A stretch of 64,000 nucleotides of DNA from the IMG/VR virus record IMGVR_UViG_3300032116_000031, positions 72,215-136,214 of that record. One strand, written 5' to 3'. The notes under the pieces were generated by a model. That model was not told the DNA's origin. It was given only the letters and a program-made list of their open reading frames with translations, and searched no databases. The DNA comes from a virus. Below, one piece after another: positions 9,889 to 21,600 of this stretch; within the stretch, counting starts at the first letter, position 1; every line of letters begins with the position of its first letter. The position numbers and the translations under genes were made by a program.

Positions 9889-10927
9889 TCTCGATTATTT
9901 CTAAGTTTTCAGAATTATGAACAGCCAACACATTTTTGAAATACTCCACAATGGATTCTTTATTCTCCTTCTTATACTTATCAAAATCATCACTGTTAAT
10001 AAAACCATGTGGAGTTATCAATAAACTACCTTCACTGTTAATCCCAGTAAAATGATTTTTTAACATTCGTAGTCTTGTTTCTTTAGCTAATACTACTGTC
10101 TGACCATTGATAGTGTAGGACTTAGTTTTTAATGCCGCTTCTAATTTACCACCGCAATAAATCTTAACACCCATATCATAAGCAAAAGCTAAGCCACCTG
10201 TTTCCGTTGGATTAATAGAACCACTTCCTTGACTTAACCTCAAGATAGATACAAAAGTAATAGAACGCTTGTATTTTTTATATCTTGAATTAGTAACCAT
10301 TGGCTCAATGAAACCAGAGAAATAATTCTTATGCACCTTAGCGTTGTGCATAGGTAAATCCATATTATCCTCTTCGATTTTATTCATAGCAGCCTCACAC
10401 TTCAATTTATTAATACTATCAACAAAGAAACATACATCGTAAGGGAAATTCTTTTTTTCATCTAATACATCATTACAGATACTAATAATGTATTTATACA
10501 TTTCCTCTAGGTTTTCAAAGCCGTCCTTAAAAAGGAAAAAGCCTTGGTCCCAAATCTTTATTAGCTCACCTGTTTCCTCATCTACTTCTTCTCTGTAATC
10601 ACAATCCATACCCATAAACTTAGCATGATGAAAAGAAAACTTTCCTTCAGTAGAAATAATAACAGGTAGAATTTTTTTACGCTGACATTCAATAACACCT
10701 TCTAATAACAATGTTGTTTTACCTGTATCAGAATAACCAGAAATAGATATACAATTTGACATAGGAAATCCCTCGAAACCTAGTGCCTTTTTTACTGGAT
10801 CTGAAAAATAAATGTAACTAAATGGTTTTTGTGGTTTAGGTTGGTTTTTCTCTGATCTTTTATACGTAGATAAAAAATCAAGAACCTCACCTTCTTTGGG
10901 TTCGATATTTGAATTTTTTTTAGCCAT
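9878..10927 (-). CDS. RecA/UvsX-like recombinase
   Basis: Walker A GYSDTGKTT, TEGKF, FVDSI, TGG.AF, KNH motifs. Confidence 0.85.
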   Translation of the reverse strand: MAKKNSNIEPKEGEVLDFLSTYKRSEKNQPKPQKPFSYIYFSDPVKKALGFEGFPMSNCISISGYSDTGKTTLLLEGVIECQRKKILPVIISTEGKFSFHHAKFMGMDCDYREEVDEETGELIKIWDQGFFLFKDGFENLEEMYKYIISICNDVLDEKKNFPYDVCFFVDSINKLKCEAAMNKIEEDNMDLPMHNAKVHKNYFSGFIEPMVTNSRYKKYKRSITFVSILRLSQGSGSINPTETGGLAFAYDMGVKIYCGGKLEAALKTKSYTINGQTVVLAKETRLRMLKNHFTGINSEGSLLITPHGFINSDDFDKYKKENKESIVEYFKNVLAVHNSENLEIIENEE

Positions 10928-10942
10928 AACTTAAAATTTAAG

Positions 10943-10980
10943 AAAAAAATGGGGGCAAAACAATTAAGTTGTTTGCCCCC
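10943..10980 (-). terminator. Rho-independent terminator
   Basis: GGGGGCAAA...TTTGCCCCC stem followed by a T run on the minus strand. Confidence 0.75.
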
Positions 10981-11007
10981 GAAAATAAGTAAAAGTAGTG
11001 ATTTTAA

Positions 11008-12018
11008 TTAAAATGGAAGTTCGGAATCATCTGATTCGTATCCATCATCTTCATATAAAGAATCCTCAATCGCACTTGAAGTAGCAGCGGCGGTTACAAT
11101 TGGAGAAGTAACCTGTTGACCGAGGTTCAAATCATCTAATTCAGACCCAATTTTGGAATAACGATACTTTACTGTACCATCTTGATTGGTTCCGTTTGGA
11201 ACAAGCTCATACCCCAATTCTTTGATTTTTTCTAAAAACAAATCGTTAATAGCCGAAATCAAATACTGTGTGATGAACTTTTCATAAAAGTTATCCATGC
11301 TAACACGAAGAATGTCATTGGAACCTTTATGCTCTTCCAAAATTGAAAGATACTTTTCATTCCAACTGTCGTGCTTAACATAAGAATTGTCGGTAGGATT
11401 ACCGAAACGGTCGCGAATCACATTATCTCCTTGCTTAAGGAAGACGTTGTAGATTTTTTTACCTTTAATTACGATAGGAGTTTTGTAGTTAGATTCTTTA
11501 CTTCTAGCTGGAATAACACTAATTGAAACCATCTCATTAGATGATTTATCAATGTTACTCAACTTTGAAATCATCTCTTTACCTTTCAAAGAAAAAGCTG
11601 TTTTTACAATGTAAGTTGCTCCAACTACTTTTCCATTTTTAGGATTGTTTGGATCCTCTGATTCAAATGGATTGTGGTAAGTAGCATTTGGATCAAAAAG
11701 AACGATTTGAATCTTCTTAGAAGGCTTATTGTTAATAGTTTCCTGAATAACAGAAACCGATTTCAAATAGCCGCTAACAGATGTGTCATTTGGAATATTG
11801 TAATATTCCTTTCCGCCAGTCATGTTCATAATTCGGCTGTTACGCTTCATCTCATCATCAAGAAGAAGAACACACCGAAAATGAACAGTGTCATTAACAC
11901 CTTTTACATAATCTTTATCTTCTGAAGATAAAGTATTGCTGAAAAGGTTTAGTACAAAAGTTTGGTACCCTACAAATGGATTTTGTGAACTGTTTTGTTT
12001 TTGCTGATTTCCTAACAT
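11008..12018 (-). CDS. Probable single-stranded DNA-binding protein
   Basis: Acidic C-terminal tail ending DDSELPF; immediately upstream of the recombinase gene. Confidence 0.6.
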   Translation of the reverse strand: MLGNQQKQNSSQNPFVGYQTFVLNLFSNTLSSEDKDYVKGVNDTVHFRCVLLLDDEMKRNSRIMNMTGGKEYYNIPNDTSVSGYLKSVSVIQETINNKPSKKIQIVLFDPNATYHNPFESEDPNNPKNGKVVGATYIVKTAFSLKGKEMISKLSNIDKSSNEMVSISVIPARSKESNYKTPIVIKGKKIYNVFLKQGDNVIRDRFGNPTDNSYVKHDSWNEKYLSILEEHKGSNDILRVSMDNFYEKFITQYLISAINDLFLEKIKELGYELVPNGTNQDGTVKYRYSKIGSELDDLNLGQQVTSPIVTAAATSSAIEDSLYEDDGYESDDSELPF

Positions 12019-12065
12019 AGTAACTTAAAATTTTTGTTTGTGTATAATGTGTTGTAATTATGATG

Positions 12066-12097
12066 CAAAGATAAGGTATTTCTTTCGAATAATCAAA
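12066..12097 (-). promoter_or_regulatory. Bacteroidota-type housekeeping promoter (-33 TTTG, 20 nt, -7 TATCTTTG)
   Basis: Matches TTTG-N19-21-TAnnTTTG upstream of the SSB/recombinase/replication operon. Confidence 0.75.
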
Positions 12098-12116
12098 ATA
12101 TTTTTTCGACTTTTTT

Positions 12117-12776
12117 TTAAAAACTTTTTCTAACGGTATTTTCGTTATAGTCTTTCATAACATCAGACTGCTTTAAAACGTATTCTTGATCCTTTTGTTC
12201 AGCGTTTTCAGAAGAATTTTCATTATTATTTAATCCAGCGTTAGCAATGGCATACTTGTTTTTATCTTCTTGAGAAGGAACCCAATAATCAGTTAATTTA
12301 ACATTATAAGGGAAGCTACTCAAAGAACGCATTTGCAATTGTTCAATTGGTGTAGGGACTCTTTTCTCCAATTCAGAATTAACCTTAGAAATAGTTTCTT
12401 TAGTTTTAGTTTCAAGATTCTCAATTCTATCACCCAAGTCTTTTTTTAGGGAATCGTTGTTGGTGATTAATGTATCAATTTTAGACAATAAGTCCTGAAC
12501 TGTTTTATTGATTTCATCTTGCTTTAATACTAAACCTGTTACATCAACTTGAACAGTATTATCGTCTGGTTTAACTTCAACAGGAGGCATACCATCGGCG
12601 TTAGCATCAGATGCAAGAGAATCTTGTTTTTCTTCTCCTTCTTTTTCTTCACCTCCTTCACCTTCTGCTCCAGCAGGATTTAACCCTAAGATGTCATCTA
12701 TTTCATCTTCTTTTAGGAGTTCTTTTGGTCCTCTGCCATAATAATTGTAATTGCTGATATAATCAAATCTATTCAT
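12117..12776 (-). CDS. Hypothetical acidic protein, possibly virion-associated
   Basis: 219 aa; coiled-coil and RSLSSFPYNVKLTDYW motif. Confidence 0.6.
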   Translation of the reverse strand: MNRFDYISNYNYYGRGPKELLKEDEIDDILGLNPAGAEGEGGEEKEGEEKQDSLASDANADGMPPVEVKPDDNTVQVDVTGLVLKQDEINKTVQDLLSKIDTLITNNDSLKKDLGDRIENLETKTKETISKVNSELEKRVPTPIEQLQMRSLSSFPYNVKLTDYWVPSQEDKNKYAIANAGLNNNENSSENAEQKDQEYVLKQSDVMKDYNENTVRKSF

Positions 12777-12784
12777 GGTTATAA

Positions 12785-12955
12785 TTAGTCGTTTAATAAT
12801 TGTCTGCCGTCTTCAACTAAAATTGTCTTTTCTACAACTTCAACTAAGCCGTCATTTTTTTTATATACTTTTTTCTTTTTTGCATTAACATTCTTTTGTT
12901 CATCTTCTTTGAAGATGTCAGGATTATTCAAATACTTACTTAAAAAATTTTTCAT
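12785..12955 (-). CDS. Small hypothetical protein (56 aa) absent from the ORF track
   Basis: MKNFLSKYLNN...KNDGLVEVVEKTILVEDGRQLLND; preceded by TATTTAT motif at 12972-12978. Confidence 0.7.
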   Translation of the reverse strand: MKNFLSKYLNNPDIFKEDEQKNVNAKKKKVYKKNDGLVEVVEKTILVEDGRQLLND

Positions 12956-12988
12956 AATATGATATTTTATTATAAATATGTTAAAAAT

Positions 12989-15900
12989 TTAATTATTTGC
13001 AACAATGTTTCTTAATTTATCTAAGAAAGGATAAAATGCAATAGGTACAAATCCGCTATCAGGTTCCTGTTTTACTCTACTTGAAACTAGATTATAAAAT
13101 TGATTATTATAAAATATTCCAACGTGTGTAACAACAGAAAAATCAAAATTACTGTTCATAGGTGATCTATTATTTGTTCTCATTATATTTTTCCTAGAAG
13201 TTCTATTAGGGAAATTAACAGGATCATTCATTTGATTATAAGCCTTTGTTTTAAAGCTTGATCCTTGTGAGTAACCAAATAAAAGACTTCCATTTGGAAT
13301 CCCTTTTGCTACAAGGTCGCTATTAGACCAATTATTTAATTTATCATTAGCTGTAAAATAACCCATTCTACCGTCTTCTGGTAATCCCATGAACCAATTC
13401 CAAGCATCTCCTATCTTATCAACAGCACCTATCCTAACTACTCCTAATTGTTCTAATGCGGTTCTTGCCCAAGTAGCACAAACATTATTTCCTAAACCAA
13501 AAGTAGAGACGTTATTACTGGTAAATAAATTGCTTAATTCTGTGTTAAGGACCGCAGTGTTAACACTTGTAGAAACGCTAAATTTAGCCACAGCACCTCT
13601 ATATTCTATTGTAAATAATGTATTCTGACTATTTAAAGCAGTATTCGCACTACCAGCACCAGTTTGTTGAATTTCTCTAAGTATTGTAGAATCGATATTT
13701 TTACTGTTAGTATTAACTGTGCCTCTATCTTCACCGTTAGAAAAGTCGCTTTCATTTGATAAAGGTACTGTTAATTCACTTGAGCTTATGGAATTAGATA
13801 ATTCTAAATTTAAGAAGGTAGTCATCTTATCTATAATTGGATAAGTGAACTTAGAAATTCTCATTCCACTAAAAGTAGTTGTCATATTATTAGGCGTAAT
13901 TTCGTGTTTAACGCTAGTAATCATATGCGCTCCATGGAACAATGGTACATTATCTAATTGAAAATATTGTGTAGGTAAAATTTGAGTATTACCTAAACAT
14001 TCAACAGTAGTGGAATAACTTCTAACAGCATAAACATTATATAAATCCATACCTGTATAAAGACGTTTTGTTGCGCCTTTACCACCAGCAAGTTCATTCA
14101 ATATTAAAATAGATTCAGCTGTTTCACGATGTTCTTGTTGGCTTACTTCTATCCTCTTAAATATATTTTGATTTTGGTCGGCATAAGCAACCCTAAAAAC
14201 ACTTAAATTATATTTAGCTAAGTAATCCTTTAAATCTGCTCCAGTTAATTGAGTTTGACTTATATTTCTATTTAGAATTGATTTAGGTAAATTAGTATCT
14301 ATTATTGCATTGGCATTAAAATCAAAACTGTCATTGAAATAACCTACCCTATTGTTTAAATCCAAAACTTTACTATTACCTGCAACATATTGAAAAACGA
14401 AACACGAACCACCAGTCGGTTTATCATCCGAAAAATTAACATTTTCATTTAAGGTGGTAAAAGGTTTAAACATCTCCATAACATCTTGCTTATCGTAATA
14501 ATTCACGAAGCTAGGAATATTATAGATATTAAAATTGTTGTCCTTTAAAACCCTTGACATTAAGAAATAGATGTTACCATCTGTTTGATTAGCATAAATC
14601 AACAGGGGTTTTGGATTAAGAACAGCTTTATCTCCAATATAAGACCAAGTTCTATCAATAAAGTAACAATGATCGATAAGTTTCTTTTTAGTGTCGGTGT
14701 TTCCATTTACGAAATAATTGGCAAAATTATAAATTTTGCCGTCCACCGTACTATAAGACAACCATTTATCATAGATATTTTTTAAGTGCTCATAAATCTG
14801 AATTTTAATATTTTTATCGGTAATTATATTATTAATTTCATCTTGTCTTATTCTTTGTTTTTCAGTTAGTTTTGTATTAATAAATTTTTTAGCAGCATTG
14901 ATAAAACCAGAAAGATATTTACTTATAACATTAGAATTAGGTTCTATGATAGGCTGTTTGAATAATTCCCTAGGAGAAATTATAGCAACTTCTTTATAGG
15001 CTTTAATTCTATTTAATATAGTATCAAAAGCTGTTTCATATTCACCTATTGTGTTATCAGACTTTGGATCGAATGTCACATAATTATAAACATAATTACT
15101 GAATCCACCTGCATTATACTCTTCTACAAATTTATCAAAGGCATCTACAAAAAATTTGAAACCCTCGTCTGATAACAAATTTTCAAATTCACTTTTAGGT
15201 ACCCAAGTTCTATTATATCGAGCATTATAATCTCCAACATTTGTATATTCTGGGTCAGATTTAATATCATCAACTAAAAAATTATAACCTTGATAATGGA
15301 TTTGATGTGAATGTTTTAATATCCCGCCTATATATGCAACATACAATTCAGTCATATTTAAAACGCAACTAAATTTATTAGCATATTCCCTGAAATGATA
15401 ATAATCTTTATAACCTATTGTTTCTAAAAATAGAAACGCCTTTGCATTAATGTTGTTTTTATCATAGTAAAATAAGTCAAAGATTTTAACAAATTGTTTA
15501 TATTGAGTTATACTTCTACCGATTTTATACCTTGAGTTATTAGCTCTATCACCAGATACATTTCCAGATGTGGTATCAGCCCCAACTATTCCAGCAGCGG
15601 TGCCATCTATAACATTCAGATTGTACATAGAACTAATAGAAGCAGCACTACCACTTGAAATATTTTTTAAATATTTGTTAAGATCATCATTATTAAAAAC
15701 ATTTGTTAAATCAGCTGTTACGTTAAAGTAATTCTGATCAAAAATAAAATAGTCTGGATTTATTAAATTCCTAAAAATAAACGCTTGAATGGTTTTAGTA
15801 TCAGCAAAATAAGTATTTAAAGCAGGTGACAAGGCCTTTGAAGTATAACTAGCTCTATCTCCTGCTAAGTACTGTAAGTTACTATTATCAATAAACGATA

Positions 15901-18055
15901 TAGGTGAAAAGACTAATCCAGTGTTATTATCATTAAATTGATAAGGGGCAATAGTTACATCGTCATTTGTAAAATTGTAAGCTAAACCATTGTTAACAAA
16001 TGTAGCAGGATCTAAAGTATTGATAAATTTTAATATCTTATCATTCTCTATTTGGTCTATAAAATAAGATGCTTCTATTTCAGAATAACTTATAACATAA
16101 TTTTCACCATTAAAAGGATCAAAAATACTGTAAGAATATAATATTCTCAAACGTTTCAATATTTCTTTATATAGTTCGCTTAGGGTTGCATCACCGTAAT
16201 CAAAGTTTTGGCTTAAAGATAAACCATTTTCCCTATAATCAAGAATGTTTATAGGTATCCATTTATATATGGCCGTAGGACTAAAAGAATATGGGTTATC
16301 AGGTATATCAAATAACTCGTTTGAAGTTAAGCCTTTAATAATATCATTTACTATTTCCAATTCTGGAAAGTTAGGATTATTGTTTCCAACTACGTCACCT
16401 AACCATATTCTTTCTCCATTTGTATCAAATACAGCTGGGAATGGGTAAATTTTATTTTCTGATATAGGAATATCAGTTGAACCTCCTGATAAATTACTTT
16501 GAATAGAATAATAGTCTTTTAACCCTTGAATCCTAATATCGCCTATGCTTTCAGCCTTTCTACAAGTTTCATATAATATATTTAAAAATACATCAACGTT
16601 GCCGAAGATTATTTCAAATACATTATATACAGTTGGATTAAAGCCAATATCAGTTGTGAATGCCCCGTTAAGCTGATCTACTATTTTTTCTTCTAATTCT
16701 GTTTTTTTATTTTTTAGTAATTTCCTTTTTTCGTGCACATTATCTCTAACACTATAAAAAGAATAAAAGGAAACAGGTGTGAATGAATCAAACTTGCTCT
16801 GTATGAATGTTATACTACTCTGATAATTAGATAGATAACTTGTGTTTTCATTTGAAATTATTTCTGTATCAATAATTTGAAGTAAAGCGTCGTTTACATC
16901 ATTATAAGAAATAGATTTAGATAATGTAAAATTATTTAAAAAATAATTGTTTAAGTCAGGATATTTACCTTTGTTTAAATTAATTAAGCTATTATACTCG
17001 TTAATTAAGCTATTAACGTTATTTTGCATTTCATCTAAATTAGGAATTAGTTTATCCGAAAATAAACCTATATCTCTAAAAAAGTAATATCCTTCTCCTG
17101 TTTTAAATTGTTCATAGTTTAAGTTTAACCCTGTTGGGTTTGTTATTAGTTTGGACGGCGAATTAATAATTTCTGTTATTTCATCTGCTTTTATCTGTAA
17201 CGTATTAATAATAGTTAATTGAGAATAATCAGTATCCTTCTGTTTAAACTTTTCAGTATAATTAGCAATTTCAGTATATTTTATTAATAATTCGGTTATT
17301 GATGATAACCCAATAGATCCATCTTTTTTTATGTAATTCTTTAAATAATCTTTACCTGCATTAGTGGCATTCAAAGCCATAACGTATTTAGTAATAACAT
17401 CAGATAAAAAGGAAAACTGATAACCTAAAAATTTACAATTAATAATGAAATCACTACTACCCTCATCAAACGAAGCTTTAAAATCAATCATGTTTAAATA
17501 GTAAGTAGTAGGCCGCCCATAGTAACCCTTAACTGTTAATTCATAAATTGGATAAGGTAATCTAAAAAAAGAATTATATTTAGATATATTTTCAACGCCT
17601 TCGCCATCGAAATACTCATAATTATTAAAAACAGCTGAACCCTTAACATCAACAAAATCAATTTCCACCTTTGGAGGTGTCATCATAGCAGTTTCGATTG
17701 AAATTCGGGTAATACCTAATCCTTCATGAGTAGTTTCATTTAAACCTATGTTGGTATAATTGGTAGTTAAATAACCTGTTTTACCATCAGCCTCATTCTC
17801 ACTGGAAGTAGCAATAAAAGAAATAGAATCAGCTTCCCTACTCTTAGAAGAGTAAACATTATCAGAGGTAATAACACTCCTATTTTGAGGGAAAGATCTT
17901 AGTCTAACAAAGATAAACAAGTCTTCAGGGTTAACCAAAACATTGTCTGTTGGATTAGGATCAACAACGTAAGTGAAGAATGGAGTTTTGCCGTCAGGAC
18001 CAGTTCCACTGTTTATAGTTCCTACATTGTAATTATAATTACTTAAATTAGCCAT
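12989..18055 (-). CDS. Large baseplate hub-like protein with C-terminal putative cysteine peptidoglycan hydrolase (CHAP/NlpC-like)
   Basis: 1688 aa; hub-like LGN.QI.P.QYFQL..VP.F.GAH.I..V.H.I segment; C-terminal CATWAR...GDAWNW...HVGIF. Confidence 0.6.
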   Translation of the reverse strand: MANLSNYNYNVGTINSGTGPDGKTPFFTYVVDPNPTDNVLVNPEDLFIFVRLRSFPQNRSVITSDNVYSSKSREADSISFIATSSENEADGKTGYLTTNYTNIGLNETTHEGLGITRISIETAMMTPPKVEIDFVDVKGSAVFNNYEYFDGEGVENISKYNSFFRLPYPIYELTVKGYYGRPTTYYLNMIDFKASFDEGSSDFIINCKFLGYQFSFLSDVITKYVMALNATNAGKDYLKNYIKKDGSIGLSSITELLIKYTEIANYTEKFKQKDTDYSQLTIINTLQIKADEITEIINSPSKLITNPTGLNLNYEQFKTGEGYYFFRDIGLFSDKLIPNLDEMQNNVNSLINEYNSLINLNKGKYPDLNNYFLNNFTLSKSISYNDVNDALLQIIDTEIISNENTSYLSNYQSSITFIQSKFDSFTPVSFYSFYSVRDNVHEKRKLLKNKKTELEEKIVDQLNGAFTTDIGFNPTVYNVFEIIFGNVDVFLNILYETCRKAESIGDIRIQGLKDYYSIQSNLSGGSTDIPISENKIYPFPAVFDTNGERIWLGDVVGNNNPNFPELEIVNDIIKGLTSNELFDIPDNPYSFSPTAIYKWIPINILDYRENGLSLSQNFDYGDATLSELYKEILKRLRILYSYSIFDPFNGENYVISYSEIEASYFIDQIENDKILKFINTLDPATFVNNGLAYNFTNDDVTIAPYQFNDNNTGLVFSPISFIDNSNLQYLAGDRASYTSKALSPALNTYFADTKTIQAFIFRNLINPDYFIFDQNYFNVTADLTNVFNNDDLNKYLKNISSGSAASISSMYNLNVIDGTAAGIVGADTTSGNVSGDRANNSRYKIGRSITQYKQFVKIFDLFYYDKNNINAKAFLFLETIGYKDYYHFREYANKFSCVLNMTELYVAYIGGILKHSHQIHYQGYNFLVDDIKSDPEYTNVGDYNARYNRTWVPKSEFENLLSDEGFKFFVDAFDKFVEEYNAGGFSNYVYNYVTFDPKSDNTIGEYETAFDTILNRIKAYKEVAIISPRELFKQPIIEPNSNVISKYLSGFINAAKKFINTKLTEKQRIRQDEINNIITDKNIKIQIYEHLKNIYDKWLSYSTVDGKIYNFANYFVNGNTDTKKKLIDHCYFIDRTWSYIGDKAVLNPKPLLIYANQTDGNIYFLMSRVLKDNNFNIYNIPSFVNYYDKQDVMEMFKPFTTLNENVNFSDDKPTGGSCFVFQYVAGNSKVLDLNNRVGYFNDSFDFNANAIIDTNLPKSILNRNISQTQLTGADLKDYLAKYNLSVFRVAYADQNQNIFKRIEVSQQEHRETAESILILNELAGGKGATKRLYTGMDLYNVYAVRSYSTTVECLGNTQILPTQYFQLDNVPLFHGAHMITSVKHEITPNNMTTTFSGMRISKFTYPIIDKMTTFLNLELSNSISSSELTVPLSNESDFSNGEDRGTVNTNSKNIDSTILREIQQTGAGSANTALNSQNTLFTIEYRGAVAKFSVSTSVNTAVLNTELSNLFTSNNVSTFGLGNNVCATWARTALEQLGVVRIGAVDKIGDAWNWFMGLPEDGRMGYFTANDKLNNWSNSDLVAKGIPNGSLLFGYSQGSSFKTKAYNQMNDPVNFPNRTSRKNIMRTNNRSPMNSNFDFSVVTHVGIFYNNQFYNLVSSRVKQEPDSGFVPIAFYPFLDKLRNIVANN

Positions 18056-18099
18056 TAATTTTATTTTCTTTAATTTGTAAATTACTGATAAACAGTGAA

Positions 18100-18356
18100 T
18101 TACAAGCGAAAAAATATGCTTTTAGCTTTTCGACACTGTTATATAATAATTTACTAAAAGCATATTTGTCTTAGTTGTATATATATTATATCTACCGCAA
18201 ATAACAATAAAAACAAAATGGAAATTTTAACGCTTTATTTTCAATAAATATTATTTCTTGTTATTTGTATCTCATTGATTATTAGTTATTTACAAGCGAA
18301 AAAATATGCTTTTAGCTTTTCGACACTGTTATATAATAATTTACTAAAAGCATATT
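18100..18356. repeat. Two identical 67-bp direct repeats (18100-18166, 18290-18356), each with a 13-bp inverted repeat
   Basis: TTACAAGCGAAAAAATATGCTTTTAG...CTAAAAGCATATT occurs twice, 190 bp apart. Confidence 0.95.
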
Positions 18357-18372
18357 AGTTTTCTATATATTA

Positions 18373-18681
18373 TTAATAATACAGCTTCAATTTTTCCACC
18401 TCGTTTATCCACCTTTGAAGCGCATCTTGATACGGAAAAGGAATAATTAAAAGAGTGCCATCGGGGATTTCATCTTCATTTTTGCAAATAGTAGCGTTAG
18501 CCATTAAAATAAGCCTTCCACCAAAGGGATTAGAATAGAACCGTTCAGAAACAGTATCCATCCTATCGCTTAGTTTATTCCACACATAAGTTAAATCACT
18601 GTTTTTTTTTGGTAATTTAACAAAGGGTATATCAGATGTCTTCTCACCTACTTTGAAAGGTGTATAAAAATTATAATACAT
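18373..18681 (-). CDS. Baseplate wedge / tail X (LysM-like, gp53-like) protein
   Basis: DRMD.VS..FY.NP..G.LILMAN...I..G..L.IP pattern. Confidence 0.7.
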   Translation of the reverse strand: MYYNFYTPFKVGEKTSDIPFVKLPKKNSDLTYVWNKLSDRMDTVSERFYSNPFGGRLILMANATICKNEDEIPDGTLLIIPFPYQDALQRWINEVEKLKLYY

Positions 18682-18684
18682 ATT

Positions 18685-21600
18685 TTAATCTATTTGACCA
18701 TTGTTTGAAGTTAAGGCTGAAACTACCTTTTTTTGCACTATATTATTAAATGTTTTTAATTGTTCAGTGTCAGTTATTTTTTCTCTATCTATTTCTGCAT
18801 CATTTTTTACAGGCATTCTATCAATCACTTTATACCTTGACGTATCTTCACCTTTTTCTGATTTAGACTCCACATATTCTATAGTTGAAGATCTGGGATC
18901 AAACATATTCATTGAAGAGTAGAAGTTAAAGGATAGAGCATTTTGTAACCTATTAATTGGACCTTGTAAAGATTGCCCGCCTATGAAAACGATATTTAAA
19001 GTTATTTTTGCTATCATAGGTGCAACAAAACCTTCTGGGTTTAAATCCCATTTGATACCATCATTTCCTTCAAATTGTATATCCATACTGTTGATTAATA
19101 TTTTACTATAGTAAAAATCGCCAATTTTTAATATGCAGACAGGTGGACGGCCAAATGCTAAATTTGTAATATTATCTACCCCGTCAACACCTATGTTCCT
19201 TGATTGCCTAGTACATTGATGTAAGAAATTCAATCTACTATTAAAGCCTTCAGGTGTCATTGAATGGAAAGCTGGATGGAAATATTTAATTTTCTCTGAA
19301 ATAGTTTTCAGATGTTGTGGTTCATATGTTTCCAGATATTCAAAAACATCACATTCCCTAATATCAGCTAACATATCCATTAAATCAGAGTTTTCATCTT
19401 CGATGACAATTGGCTCTGAATCTACTAAATCATTATCTTGATCTAAATTATCATCATCAATAATATCATCGACAGTTTTATCTTCTTCCACTTCTACGGG
19501 CTTTTCTTCATTACCATAACTAATTACTATTTCAGCTCTCCTAGCTTCAACTGCTGCTTTATTCCCCCTTGGTACATTATCACCAGTATTAGGAGAATCT
19601 TTGTCAGATACGGCTAATGGTTCATTAATAATAATAAAAGAAGCTAAATCCCCTAAATCATTATTTTCTTTATATTCATTTAATTTTTTTAGAAACCATA
19701 ACCTAGCGTTTGCAGCTCTATCGTAAGACAATTTGTAATTAGTGGTGTCTAATGGTAGAGCTTGACTAGCTGAACCAAAAAAATCAACATAAATATATGT
19801 ATTCTCTAATATTCTTGCAGTATCAAAAACATCTTTGAATTTATCATTTATATATTGATCATTAAAAAAATCATCATTTAAAAAATAATTTGTTCTATTG
19901 TCATATGCTAAACCTGTTGTTTTATCTCTTTTAACATCTTTATAATAAGTATAATCTAAACCAGCAAGTTGATATTTAGATTGATACCCTGCATTTTCTC
20001 TTAAATCTCCATTTCTAGGAGGAATGTTAGAAACATTATTTGGAAAATAAATGTTAATAAATGTTAATACAACACTACTCCCCTTTTTTATAATAGCTTC
20101 TTCAACTTTTGCTTCCTCTTTTTGTTTCTCTTCTTTTACTTCTTCAGTTGTTATTTTTACTTTTGGTTTAGTAGTTTTCTTTCTATTTTCATCTAATATA
20201 TCAATATTGCTTTTTTTTCTTTTTAATCTTGAAATTTCATCAATAACTGATTTATCACCTTTGAAATATCTTTCCCATATTTCATTTCTTTCGCCTCTTA
20301 GTTTGTTAACTACTGCTGGATAGTCTACAATCATAGTAAAACTTAAAGAACCACTTCTATCTGTATTATTATAAGAATAAACATTTTCACCCCTCCCAAT
20401 AAAGCTATGTGTTTCCCAATTAACTGAAACTGATTCACTGAAAGTTAAATCGTAAGGTGGAAACCACATCACTCTTCCTTTATGCCCTGATAATAAATCA
20501 CCCGTACCTTTCTCACAGTCTTCCAACCCATTTGTAAAACCTTCCCAAGCAAGATTCTCAATAGAGAACATATAATTTTTTAAGTTTGCACCAGTGGAAG
20601 AACGATAAGTAGGAGCAAAGTTTAATAAACCGTTATCACCTAAAACACTTAATTTAGAGTTTTCTCTAAATAATCCCCTGCTAGATATAGCTCTATTTAA
20701 TTTAGTATGTTTTCTTTCCTTAGTAAAAACCCTAAAAAAATCACCTTTTGAAACAATATAAGCCTCGTTTGCAGGACCTTCATCTACAAACCAACCTGCT
20801 TTTGCTGTGACAGCATCACCTCTTGAAATTTTAACTTGCTTCCCGTTTTGAATAATATCAAAATCTTTTTCAACAGATGAAATAAACGGCCCAACTTTAT
20901 TGTTCCTTGTTGAATTAACTATTTCCTTTGTTTTGAATAATAGAGATTTACTGTTGAATTTATTTTCAGTTGTTGCATCCCAAACAGCTGCAATATTATT
21001 TTTATTAAATGGCGCATTTTTAGTTTCATCTTCATTGTAGAAAAAATCTTCAGATGAACTAATTAGATTAGGTACAGTTTCATTTTTTATAATAGAATTA
21101 ACGCCGTATATAGGATCATAAACTGTTTCCTTATACTTAAATCTTTTTATTTGTGTACCTAATTTATCGGTGACAAATTCAAAATCTTCAAGGACAACTG
21201 TTTCAGCGTTGAAATCACTTAAATTAGTAAAAGGCTCTGGCGCATCAGAACCAATATAAACGTATTGGTTATCTTTTACAATAAATTCACCTTTTTCGTT
21301 CTGTAAAGTAGGAGTATACCCGTTCTCATTTTCAAGTGTTCTTAAATGAGTGTACAAGGCTTCTTTTTGCCCTGCACCTGTGTATTCCAATAATATTTTA
21401 GTTTGCTCTGATTGCGAGAATTGAGATTTTCTATTAATATTAAAAGCATCGTCAGGTAAAAAACTAAATGGAACATAAGATCCAGTTAATTTTTCTAAGA
21501 ATAAACCTACTTTTCCAATAGCACTTTTAGGAACTGTAATATCATACGGTAATCTTAATGGATTACCATCCTGTAACAACCTAAATGGGCTAGTCTGTAA

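Noticed and set aside
18100-18356. Possible CRISPR array
   Set aside because: Only two 67-bp units separated by 123 bp; wrong size for CRISPR repeats and no cas genes in the window.
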